21,026 nt of DNA from Octopus sinensis (GCF_006345805.1 NW_021823813.1:1-21026); one strand, 5' to 3'; counted from the first letter of the stretch, positions 1-10,204 are shown. Numbers and translations: made by a program. Notes: a model not told the origin generated them from the letters alone.

Positions 1-78
1 AGAATATATATATATATATATATATATTATACATGTATGTATGTATATATGTATGTATATATATATAGATACTTGTAA

Positions 79-114
<36 letters not shown>

Positions 115-125
115 CTTACAAGTAT
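1..125. repeat. (AT)n/(ATGT)n microsatellite with an 11-bp inverted repeat (69-79 / 115-125)
   Basis: ATACTTGTAAG at 69-79 and its exact reverse complement CTTACAAGTAT at 115-125 flank an (AT)n run. Confidence 0.9.
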
Positions 126-369
126 GTAGGTACGTATGTATGTGTGCGTGTATGCTTATGAGAACCGTAGTAAGTGGAAGTGAAATGTATAAATGTTAAA
201 AGAGCGAGAGTTGAGAAGTAACAAGAGAGAGAGAGAGAAGAAAAAGCGTGTAAAAAAAAAAAAAAGCCGAAACCGATCTATCCATCAGAGGACAAAGAGA
301 ACGAGTGAAGATAGGAAGACTTAACTAAAGAGTTACAGAGGGAAAGATAACCTGTTACTTCAAGCTTAC

Positions 370-461
370 CCGTTCGTCTTGTATTCGTTGTCTGGTTCAG
401 TGTGACTTGGCAAGCAGGCAGCCTGCTTTACCTGGAAATACTTTACTCTACCTGTCGTTGT
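370..461 (-). other. Candidate 92-nt spliceosomal exon (unverified)
   Basis: Minus strand has a long T tract + ACCTTCTAG acceptor ending at 462 and a CGG|GTAAGC donor at 369. One frame is open (TTTGRVKYFQVKQAACLPSHTEPDNEYKTNG). No recognisable homology. Confidence 0.25.
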
Positions 462-639
462 CTAGAAGGTAAAAAAAAAAAAAAAAGTCACACGAATCGC
501 CAGCCCCAAACCACAACCTCCTCTAATACCACCACCACCATCACCATCACCACCAACACTACTACTGCCAACACCAACACCAACGATATCCATTTCTCCC
601 ACTCTTACCGAAACTGTCACTGTCAACATCTCCCTTTCA

Positions 640-975
640 CTTTTTCTCCTCTCTCTCTCTCTCCCGCTCTCTCTCTCGCTCTTGCTCTTTCTGTTTCTCC
701 CTCTGCGCGCATACACACACATACACACGTACACTTTCTCTTTTTTCTCTTTATCTCTCTCTCTCTCTCTCTCGCCTCTCTCCTCTCCTCTCTCTCTTTC
801 TCTTTCTCTCTCCTCTCTCTTTCAAAGTTCTGCTGCGGCGAATGGAAATCAATAAGCAGAGAGAGAGAGAGAGAGAGAGCGGACTCTTTCCTCTCTTTTT
901 CAAAGTTCTGTTGCGGCGAATGGTGATCAATAAACAGAGAGAAAGAGAGAGAGAGAGAGAGAAAAAAAAAAGAGA
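640..975. repeat. (CT)n and (GA)n tracts around a duplicated 41-bp unique core
   Basis: TTTCAAAGTTCTGYTGCGGCGAATGG..ATCAATAARCAGA at 820-860 and 898-938 (4 mismatches). Each copy is preceded by CT-rich and followed by GA-rich sequence. Confidence 0.85.
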
Positions 976-1071
976 GAAAGAGAAAATAAAGGAAAGAATG
1001 AAACGTAGATACTTCAAGGTTGATAGATAGAAAGATAGACAGACACACAAAGACAACTTGATTAAATGATT

Positions 1072-1501
<430 letters not shown>

Positions 1502-1899
1502 AATGTTTCAGAAAGACTTGTGTGCATAGTCAGAGAAGAGATGTTACCGTCGCAAAACAATCTAGGGGGAACAGAAGTAAGACAAAAAATAAAAGGGAAA
1601 AAAATCAATGAGAGATATGCGGAGATGAGTGTTGAGAAATTTCGAGGAAGAAACTTCGAAAGAAAAAAAAGAGAGTTTAAAAGACTTTAATCGAGTTTTT
1701 TTATTAGGATTGTATGGAGAGTTGAAGAGATGGAGAAAAAGATTGATACGAAGGAATCATGAAGGAGAGAGTGGTGTGTGGTGTGTTAATAGGGGTGAAC
1801 ACAAGTTGGAAGAGGCCCGAAAAAAAAAAGAAAAGTGAAAGAAGACTTATAAAGAAGAAGGGAAAAAACAACAGAGAAAGAGAACAGGTTGAAGAAGTA

Positions 1900-1908
1900 G
1901 ATGATGAC

Positions 1909-1947
<39 letters not shown>

Positions 1948-2002
1948 CCAACTCGTCCTTCTCCACCTTTTCCTCCTCCTTCCTTCATATCACCACCACC
2001 AT

Positions 2003-2049
<47 letters not shown>

Positions 2050-2082
2050 GGTGGTGGTGGTGGTGGTGGTGGTGGTGGTGTG

Positions 2083-2117
<35 letters not shown>

Positions 2118-2222
2118 TGGGGAGGTAAAGAAGAAGAAGAAGGAGAAGAAGGAGAAGGAAGAGGAGAAAGAGGAGAAGGAGGAGAAGGAGGAGGTGGAAG
2201 AGGAGGAAGAGGGGAGAAGGAC
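1900..2222. repeat. Compound trinucleotide microsatellite (GAT)n-(CCT/CAC)-(TAG)n-(GGT)n-(TAG)n-(GAA/GAG)n
   Basis: Directly visible. It produces homopolymer ORFs in several frames. Confidence 0.95.
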
Positions 2223-2264
2223 CAAAGAAGAAATACTCTGTTAAAAAGAAGAAAAAGAATAAAG

Positions 2265-2279
2265 TAAACGAAAGAAAGC

Positions 2280-2311
<32 letters not shown>

Positions 2312-2477
2312 AAAAAGAAGGAAATAAAACGGAGCAACATGCGCTGAATGAGGAAGAAGAGATTAAGAAAAAACAGAGGCGAATGGCGAGTGAGAGGGAG
2401 GGAGAAGAAATGAAAGGAGAGAGGTGAGAGGAGACATATGTAAAGAATGAGTGCAAGGAAATAAAAAAAAAGACAAT

Positions 2478-2519
<42 letters not shown>

Positions 2520-2795
2520 GAAAAATAACGAGAGAGAGATACAGAGACAGACAGACAGACAGACAGACAGAAGGAGAGAGACGTGTTTTTGAGGTGGAGT
2601 TAGTGACTCACAAGTCATATATCTTACTCAACAAAAGGTGAACTAGACCAGGTTATATAAACCTGCGCACAACACGAACGTGGTAACACATGAAAACATG
2701 AAGGACCGTAGTAATTGTTAAAGAATATATATATATATATATATACACTTCCAGTACATACATTCGTGTGTGTGTGTGTCGTCTGTGTGTACATC

Positions 2796-2826
<31 letters not shown>

Positions 2827-2850
2827 TGTATGTATGTATGTATGTATATA
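2265..2850. repeat. Cluster of (GAAA)n, (GA)n, (GACA)n, (AT)n, (GT)n and (ATGT)n microsatellites
   Basis: Directly visible simple repeats separated by short unique sequence. Confidence 0.9.
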
Positions 2851-3349
2851 TGCAGGAAGTGTAAGAATATGAAGGGAGAAAAATAGAAGATAATGGGTGA
2901 AGTAGGAGAAAGGGTTGCTTGCGCAGGCATTGGTGTTGGCGGTGCAGAAGGTCGTCTGCTTATCAGCTCCGGTTGCACTAAAGCAAAAATGTGTGTGTGT
3001 GTGTGCGTGTGTGTTGTGTGTGTGTACATGTATTTGTTTGCTTGTGTGTGTGTGTGTGCGTGTGGGTTGTAGGTGGAGTTGTGTGATTTTCATGGCTTGA
3101 CTCCTTCCCACCAAGGAAAGGTTTATCTACGTCGACCGCAGGCTCGCTGGTGCTGGTTGTTGGCTGTTATGCGACAGGCCCGCCTGATCTCAGCAGGCGG
3201 CTAGAAGGGTAATTCTGTCCCGGGTTTGGTGCTGCAATGTCGCAGTTCTTTATACACACCACACACACACACACACACATACCCATATATGTATACGTAC
3301 ATATTGTTGTGTCAATAAAGGAAATCCTTATCAATCATATGACAGTTTC

Positions 3350-3430
3350 GTTTTGAGTTCGAATCTAACTGAAACCGATTTTGTCTTTGCTTTCCTTCAA
3401 GAGTTGACAAAATAAAATATCGATCAAATA
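3350..3430 (+). mobile_element. Old degenerate SINE fragment related to the 5216-6540 family
   Basis: GTTTTGAGTTCGAATCTAACTGAAACCGATTTTGTCTTTG...GTTGACAAAATAAAATATC aligns loosely to GTTCTGAGTTCAAATTCCGCCGAGGTCGACTTTGCCTTT...GTCGATAAATTAAGTACC. Confidence 0.5.
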
Positions 3431-3571
3431 TTGATATCGTTATGATTGCCTGGCATATTTCTATGAATATGGAAACCAATCACCAATCGTTTTGACATCA
3501 ATCCGTATTAGATAACAAAGCTTCTATTTAACAGAGCGTTTACATTTTGTCCAATCCTTCTGCGTACGTAT

Positions 3572-3574
<3 letters not shown>

Positions 3575-3654
<80 letters not shown>

Positions 3655-3874
3655 TGTTTCTTTATTAGCCACACAGGGCTGCACACAGACAGGACAAAAT
3701 TACAAGGTAGAGCTTTTCTTTTGGGGGTAAAAGAAGGTTTGGTTTTCGATCAAAAGGGATCGTAAATAGAAAGAAAGAGGACAAAAAAAGGGAGGGATAA
3801 AAAAAAAATTTAAGGGGGGAGGGGAAAAAAGGGGGGAAGGAAAAAAATGTGATCAATAGGGATCGTTATCACAG

Positions 3875-3942
<68 letters not shown>

Positions 3943-3943
3943 T
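3575..3943. repeat. (GATA)n arrays flanking retroelement copy 2
   Basis: GATA runs at ~3575-3653 and ~3876-3941. Confidence 0.95.
3657..3872 (-). mobile_element. 3' terminal fragment of a non-LTR retroelement (copy 2 of 3)
   Basis: Same core as 1189-1284, extended by TTTTCGATCAAAAGGGATCGTAAA...GATCAATAGGGATCGT. Flanked by GATA on both sides. Confidence 0.65.
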
Positions 3944-4292
3944 GATAGACCCTCCCCTTGGTTTTGACCTGTGAGGACCCGACAACGTACACTTTCTTTA
4001 TCAGTCATAATACTTATGTCGAATGTGACGTTTGACTCCCGCCAATGATTTGCAAAGCCCGCAGATTTTGCAAGTATAAGGATTACGAGTCAATGCAAGC
4101 GGTATATTTGCAGTCGCTTTTCCCCTTTGCCTTGCACCCTTTCGCCTGTTCATGCTGGTTAAAACAAAGTCTCTCGTATATTTTTGACACGACGATCTCC
4201 ATTATGTTTGCTTTAAGACTGTTTGCCCAAAGGTATTATAGGCTATAACTGCTCAGGGTTACTTTCAGCTTGTCCTTAAACCTAATTAATGG

Positions 4293-4334
<42 letters not shown>

Positions 4335-4376
4335 TATATATATGATTTATATAATTGCTAAATCAGTTTATACATA

Positions 4377-4409
<33 letters not shown>

Positions 4410-4413
<4 letters not shown>

Positions 4414-4590
4414 AGAGTTTACGAAAAAAACAAAAGACGAAGACAGGTAGTGTGCAAAACAAACAGATATGTTAGTATAACGCTCAGGCATTGAAAAAGT
4501 CTTTTACGTTTCGAGCCTACGCTCTTCTACAGAAAGGGACACAGAAAAAAAAAACAAGGTGAGAAACAAGGAGAGAAAACAAATGTGTGT
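4410..4590 (-). mobile_element. Penelope-like element LTR/3' remnant
   Basis: Contains a minimal hammerhead-like motif and a downstream CTGAGCGT motif also seen at 10205-10388. Minimal type I hammerheads are an established feature of Penelope-like element LTRs. Boundaries are approximate. Confidence 0.55.
4501..4536 (-). ncRNA. Minimal type I hammerhead-ribozyme-like motif (A6 to U core variant)
   Basis: Minus strand reads CTTT-CTGTAGA-A-GAGC(GTAG)GCTC-GAAAC-GTA/AAAG. Stem I is CTTT:AAAG, stem II is GAGC:GCTC, and stem III is the palindromic ACGT. Confidence 0.55.
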
Positions 4591-4979
4591 AGTGGCTTAT
4601 ATATAATATATATATAATGAGAGAGACGGGAGATGGAAGATACGAGAATCTTTATTGATCACTTCAATCGTTTCGACCCATCTAGCATCTAGGTGTATCC
4701 CTCAATGTAGATGTGTCTCCTCAGGTCATTTCAAGAGGAGTCTCATTAAAATAAACTCTATTTCGCACAACTTATTTCTGCATTTTTTCTTCTCAGCCTT
4801 TGTACATAGAAATGCCAAATTAAGGCATACAGCTTCATTCTTATCGAGTACAGCGAAAATAGTTATTACGTTAATTACACACCCAACGAACACAAAGCAA
4901 ATAAACGTATTTTACCGGCAAACCACCAGGTGTATACCATACGACTTAAACTGTATATATAGGCAGATGGCTTATATCA

Positions 4980-5213
4980 GGACGCATGGCCTAGTAGGTA
5001 GGGTGTTGGACTTATGATCATGAGATCGTAGTTTCAATTACTGGAACGGGTGGTACGTCGTGTTCTTGAGCAAAACACGTCATCTCACGTTGCCCAGCGA
5101 TCACTTCGACACCTAACACGTGGCACACCTTGCCCCTGTTCAGACAACGTCCATTTGATAGAGAGAATGAGCTAATGTGCGAGACGAACATTTGATCATT
5201 ATCAACAAATCAT
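4980..5213 (+). mobile_element. tRNA-derived SINE (degenerate)
   Basis: A-box-like GGACGCATGGCCTAGTAGGTAGG, B-box-like AGTTTCAATTAC, then GTGTTCTTGAGCAAAACAC, which resembles the core of the SINE at 20293. Confidence 0.7.
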
Positions 5214-5215
5214 AA

Positions 5216-6538
5216 GGCGGCCAACTGGCAGAAACGTTAGCACGCCGGGAGAAATACTTAGTGGTATTTCGCCTGCCGTTACGTTCTGAGTTCAAATTCC
5301 GCCGAGGTCGACTTTACCTTTCATCCTTTCGGGGTCGATAAATTAAGTACCAGTTACGCACTGGGATCGATGTAATCGACTTAATCCTTTTGTCTGTCCT
5401 TGTTTGTCCCCTCTGTGTTTAGCCCCTTGTGGGTAGTAAAGAAATAGGTATTTCGTCTGTCTTTACGTTCTGAGTTCAAATTCCGCCGAGGTCGACTTTG
5501 CCTTTCATCCTTTCGGGGTCGATAAATTAAGTACCAGTTACGCACTGGGATCGATGTAATCGACTTAATCCTTTTGTCTGTCCTTGTTTGTCCCCTCTGT
5601 GTTTAGCCCCTTGTGGGTAGTAAAGAAATAGGTATTTCGTCTGTCTTTACGTTCTGAGTTCAAATTCCGCCAAGGTCGACTTTGCCTTTCATCCTTTCGG
5701 GGTCGATGAATTAAGTACCAGTTACGCACTAGGGTCGATATAATCGACGTAATCCTTTTGTCTGTCCTTGTTTGTTCTCTCTGTGTTTGGCCCCTTGTGG
5801 GTAGTAAAGAAATAGGTATTTCGTCTGACTTTACGTTCTGAATTCAAATTCGGCCGAGGTCGACTTTGCCTTTCATTCTTTCGGGATCGATAAATTAAGT
5901 ACCAGTTACGCACTGGGGTCGATGTGATCGACTTAATCCCTTTGTCTGTCCTTGTTTTGTCCCCTCTGTGTTTGGCCCCTTGTGGGTAGTAAAGAAATAG
6001 GTATTTCGTCTGTCTTTACGTTCTGAGTTAAAATACCGCCGAGGTCAACTTTGCCTTTCATCCTTTCGCGGGTCGATAAATTAAGTACCAGTTACGCACT
6101 GGGGTCGATGTAATCGACTTAATCCGTTTGTCTGTCCTTGTTTGTCTTCTCTGTGTTTGGCCCCTTGTGGGTAGTAAAGAAATAGGTATTTCGTCTGCCT
6201 TTACGTTCTGAGTTCAAATTCCGCCGAGATCGACTTTGCCTTTCATCCTTTCGGGGTCGATAAATTAAGTACCAGTTACGCACTGGGATCGATGTAGTCG
6301 ACTTAATCCTTTTGTCTGTCCTTGTTTGTCCTCTCTGTGTTTGGCCCCTTGTGGGTAGTAAAGAAATAGGTATTTCGTCTGACTTTACGTTCTGAATTCA
6401 AATTCGGCCGAGGTCGACTTTGCCTTTCATTCTTTCGGGGTCGATAAATTAAGTACCAGTTGCATACTGGGTCGATCTAATCGACTGGCCCCCTCCCCCA
6501 AAAATTTCGAGCCTTGTGCCTAGAGTAGAAAAGATTAT
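5216..6538 (+). mobile_element. SINE multimer: one tRNA-like head plus 7 tandem 184-185-bp units (central domain resembles the Meta-type SINE domain)
   Basis: Head is GGCGGCCAACTGGCAGAAACGTTAGC. Units start with GGTATTTCG at 5263, 5447, 5631, 5815, 6000, 6185 and 6369. Each contains GCCTTTCATCCTTTCGGGGTCGATAAATTAAGTACCAG. The last unit has a different 3' end. The Meta-domain naming is from recall. Confidence 0.85.
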
Positions 6539-6809
6539 AAATAAATTATTTGTGGAGATCGTTCGGCAAAAGCTGAACGCTCATACGTCGTCTTCGACGG
6601 GAGAGTCCATCATATGTGTGTGTGCAACAGAAGTAGTATTAGTTTAATAAAACGCGCGCGCGTGTGGGCGTGTGTGTGAGCGCGTGTGTCTGTGAGCAAA
6701 AACTAGTGTAAATAGTTTGTCAGTTGTAGTTTCGTTGAGTTAGAAGTGAACATTTAAGGAAGCCGAGTGGCCTGAGCACAGACATGTGTGTTTAGATAGG
6801 TAGATAAGC

Positions 6810-6985
6810 TTCTTTATTAGCCACACAGGGCTGCACACAGATGGGACAACTTACAAGGTAGAGCTTTTCTTTTTGGGGATAAAAAAAAGGGGGTTTGGTT
6901 TTCGATCAAAAGGGATCGTAAAAGGGAAAAAAGAAAAAAAAGAAAAAAGGAAAAGAAATAAAAGAAAAGAAAAAAGAAAAAAGAA
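6810..6985 (-). mobile_element. 3' terminal fragment of a non-LTR retroelement (copy 3 of 3)
   Basis: Same core as copies 1 and 2. Preceded on the plus strand by a short TAGATAGGTAGATA remnant. Confidence 0.65.
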
Positions 6986-7139
6986 AGACATACACATAGA
7001 TAGGCAGGCTACATATACATAAATGCGGACACATACACACCAGCAGACAATCCTGTATTCATTCTCTTGCAATTAAAACCGCAACCACCTCTTGCATTTC
7101 CGGTCACTCTAGTCAAACGAATGAACCAATCCCACTAGT

Positions 7140-7340
7140 TTTTGGCTTACTGTTTTGCTTTTTTGTTTTTGTCGTTTTGTCCTCGTTGTCTTCTTTCTTT
7201 ATCTCCTCTCGTCGCTTTTTCACTTTCCTGTTCTTCTGCGTTTTTGGGGGGTTTTTTTTGTACATGACGAAAGACTGTGTCTGAAACGTAATACGTTTTA
7301 CTCTTTCCATTCTTCCTTGAGTATCAAAATTATTATAGTG
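7140..7340 (+). mobile_element. Probable older Penelope-like LTR remnant
   Basis: Pyrimidine-rich tract, a hammerhead-like motif, then CTTCCTTGAGTATCAAAATTATTATA. This resembles CTTCCTGAGCGTCCAATAATACTATA downstream of the 10283-10317 motif. Confidence 0.45.
7260..7295 (+). ncRNA. Degenerate minimal hammerhead-like motif (C3 to A variant)
   Basis: GTAC-ATGACGA-A-AGAC(TGT)GTCT-GAAAC-GTA/ATACG. Stem II AGAC:GTCT is perfect. Stem I GTA:TAC has a first-position mismatch. Confidence 0.45.
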
Positions 7341-7561
7341 ACTGTGAACGCTCCTTATGCTTTTGATATAATTTAGCATGGCTTGTGTATGTATATATAC
7401 ATATATGTGAGTGTATGAGTGTGTGTATGTAAATATATACACACACACAAACACACATATATATATGTAGATAGATACACATATGCATATATTCATACAT
7501 ATATATCCACGCATATATACACACGTCTATAAACACACAAATATTTATATATATATATAAA

Positions 7562-7721
7562 TATCACGTGATCACGTGACCGACCAGGCTATCAGATGTT
7601 GCTACATATCGCTGTTCACAATGCGCTTCGCATTGTTTCAGCCTTCAAATGACGCCACCCCGCTGGCTAAGCGAGCAGGCCAACAGAAGAAAGAGTGAGA
7701 GAAAGTTGCGGCGAAAGAGTA
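7562..7721 (-). mobile_element. 5'-truncated SINE (3' half) related to the 13474/18674 family but with a different tail
   Basis: Reverse complement of 7691-7721 (TACTCTTTCGCCGCAACTTTCTCTCACTCTT) matches 13625-13655 with 2 mismatches. The 3' end is a palindromic (CACGTGAT) repeat at 7562-7579. Confidence 0.75.
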
Positions 7722-7740
7722 TATATATATATATATATAT

Positions 7741-7904
7741 AGGCGCAGGAGTGGCTGTGTGGTAAGAAGTTTGCTTACCAACCACATGGTTCCGGGTTCA
7801 GTCCCACTGCGTGGCACCTTGGGCAAGTGTCTTCTACTATAGCCTCGGGCCGACCAAAGCCTTGTGAGTGGATTTGGTAGACAGAAACTGAAAGAAGCCC
7901 GTCG

Positions 7905-7951
<47 letters not shown>

Positions 7952-8174
7952 ATGTGTTTGTGCGTCTGTGTTTGTCTCCCTAGCATTGCTTGACAACCGA
8001 TGCTGGTGTGTTTATGTCCCCGTTACTTAGCGGTTTGGCAAAAGAGACCGATAGAATAAGTACTGGGCTTACAAAAGAATAAGTCACGGGGTCGAGTTGC
8101 TCGATTGAAGGCGGTGCTCCAGCATGGCCGCAGTCAAATGACTGAAAGAAGTAAAAGAGTAAAAAAAAAAGAGT
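7741..8174 (+). mobile_element. Full-length tRNA-derived SINE with internal (AT)n(GT)n, copy A
   Basis: A box GGAGTGGCTGTGTGGTAAG, B box GGGTTCAGTCCC, internal microsatellite, and 3' tail GCGGTGCTCCAGCATGGCCGCAGTC...GTAAAAGAGT. Near-identical copies at 8454 and 14361 (-). Confidence 0.9.
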
Positions 8175-8453
8175 ATATATATATATATATATTGATGATC
8201 GTACACTTCAGCCTCATCTTCTGAATCAATTGATGAGAGTGGCGCGTTATTGCTGCCGTTTGCTGTCAGCAGCAGAGGATGATGGAAATGATATTATGAT
8301 AGATAAGATCGTCATTGCCGCATTTACAGACACTGGACAGTTAATTCCTTGTAATTTGTATTCTACGAATACCTTTGCAACTCATTCTTTATACTTTTGT
8401 CGATTTTGTACGTTGATATTTGGTTTGCATTTTGCGATTCATAAAACATACAT

Positions 8454-8873
8454 AGGCGCAGGAGTGGCTGTGTGGTAAGTAGCTTGCTAACCAACCACAT
8501 GGTTCCGGGTTCGGTCCCACTGCGTGGTACCTTGGGCAAGTGTCTTCTGCTATAGTCCCGGGCCGACCAATGCCTTGTGAGTGGATTTGGTAGACGGAAA
8601 CTGAAAGAAACCTGTCGTATATATGTATATATATATGTGTGTATATGTGTGTGTGTTTGTGTGTCTGTGTTTGTCCCCCTAGCATTGCTTGACAACCAAT
8701 GCTGGTGTGTTTATGTCCCCGTCACTTAGCAGTTCGGCAAAAGAGACCGATAGAATAAGTACTGGGCTTACAAAGAATAAGTCCCGAGGTCGATTTGCTC
8801 GACTAAAGGCAGTGCTCCAGCATGGTCGCAGTCAAATGACTGAAACAAGTAAAAGAGTAAAAGAGAGAGAGAG
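8454..8873 (+). mobile_element. Full-length tRNA-derived SINE, copy B
   Basis: Same architecture as 7741-8174. Confidence 0.9.
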
Positions 8874-9024
8874 ATTCTTTGAGCTCATTTTGTGGCATTC
8901 TATTCATAAGGGTAGTGATACATGCATGCTCACACACGCACACACACATACACACACACGCACGCACACGCACACACACACACACTATGCATGATTTGTG
9001 TAGTGGTAATCATCTTACTATATA

Positions 9025-9059
<35 letters not shown>

Positions 9060-9381
9060 GAAGAGGCCTTGGGATATATATATAAATATCTCATTTATAA
9101 TCACATATTACCTTAATACACCTGGCTAATATGAACATAATGAGATACTCTTATCTACATGGCTGAAACAGCTGTAAGATCCATTTTATATTTATATTTA
9201 TTTATATTTATTTATACGTATTGTACTTATGGTATTATATTACTCATTGATGTGTACTGTTTTACTCTGTATTATTATGTTTGATTTGGATGTTCCTATA
9301 TAATTAGTTAATAAATTATATGAATTGGTATTATCTAGTAGTTCATGATTGATTAAAATATATTCCTCCATTTTCTTATTT

Positions 9382-9383
<2 letters not shown>

Positions 9384-9425
<42 letters not shown>

Positions 9426-9510
9426 CATACATACATACATACATACATACTTACGTAGGTAGGTAGGTAGGTAGGTAGGTAGGTAGGTAGGTAGGTAGGT
9501 AGGTAGGTAG
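9384..9510. repeat. (AT)n-(ACAT)n-(AGGT)n compound microsatellite
   Basis: Directly visible. Confidence 0.95.
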
Positions 9511-9849
9511 AATCAACAAAAATGTACCCCATCTAGTGAGAGATAAATATCAAATTAACACACACATCAAAAGAGCTACTAATAGTTTCAGGCTTTATAC
9601 TTTAATTAGGCATGTTTATAAAATTCACCATGTATCTCCAAACAATCTTTCACGTTCTATTTATGCGTTAGATGCATATTTTAAAAAAAGGACGTTGGAC
9701 AATAAGAAAATAAGAAATAAAAGTGAAGAAAAATGGTAATGCAAAAATTTGAACGGGAAGAAAGGAACGAAAGCAAGAAAATCAAGATCCCCGTCCTCCC
9801 TAATTGCAGAAACCATTATTAATGCAGCTAATTTAGAACAAAATAACAG

Positions 9850-10157
9850 AAAATGTGTCAAAGTCTGTGGGACAGCAACCCAATCGGGGTGAGTGGTGTC
9901 CTCCAGTTCGACAAAAGAAACCTGCCCATGTGTTTGCACCAGCTAAAAATTTCAGATCTCCGAATGCTGCAACTAAGTCAGTATGAATGTCATTGGAGGC
10001 TAAAGCCTTTTTCTGTAGGCACTTGATGCCAAGTTTTGTCCATTTTCAAGAGAAGTCGCTCCTAGTTACTTCTAAAGCTGTCAGTTTATCAGGAAAGAGA
10101 TAAGAGGAGTTGAAATTAATACATGCAAGATTTCACAACTTTTCAACATACCTCGTA
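9850..10157 (-). mobile_element. Tc1/mariner remnant: left TIR and decayed N-terminal transposase HTH
   Basis: Minus strand has TA|TACGAGGTATGTTGAAAAGT (mariner-type TIR, 10157-10138) and an ATG at 10043. Frameshifted translation MDKTWH..LQKKALASNDIHTDLVAAFGD..LED resembles the mariner N-terminus (…GL.PKDIHADMV.TLGD…SLEDDPRSGRP). No right TIR found. Confidence 0.7.
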
Positions 10158-10204
10158 TATAAACACATACATACCTATAAAAATATATAGTTAATCTAAA
10201 CATG

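Noticed and set aside
2794-2977. GPI-anchor or Ly6-like C-terminus (FCTANTNACASNPF...hydrophobic)
   Set aside because: No stop before the microsatellite and no cysteine pattern of a real domain. The hydrophobicity reflects a pyrimidine-rich strand.
5229-5240. GAAACGTT as another hammerhead
   Set aside because: No upstream CUGANGA-like core or stem II. It is part of the SINE A-box region; the same applies to GAAACGTA near 1000.
5263-6538. CRISPR-like array (regular repeats with internal palindromes)
   Set aside because: Whole 184-bp units are near-identical, with no unique spacers. There is a SINE head, no cas genes, and the context is eukaryotic.
6653-6690. CG/TG alternating tract as a Z-DNA regulatory element
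   Set aside because: Short and indistinguishable from the many GT microsatellite derivatives in the window.
7741-7815. tRNA genes at SINE heads (also 4980, 8454, 13474, 18674, 20293)
   Set aside because: A and B boxes are present but there is no complete cloverleaf or acceptor stem, and each continues into a SINE body.
7715-8192. AAAGAGT(AT)n as a TSD for SINE A nested in the 7562-7721 SINE
   Set aside because: The missing 5' half of the interrupted SINE does not resume after 8192, and AAAGAGT is part of SINE A's own tail.
9661-9939. THAP-like 'HPDWV' motif in the 92-aa ORF
   Set aside because: No upstream C2CH zinc-finger residues. The region is better explained as a decayed mariner.
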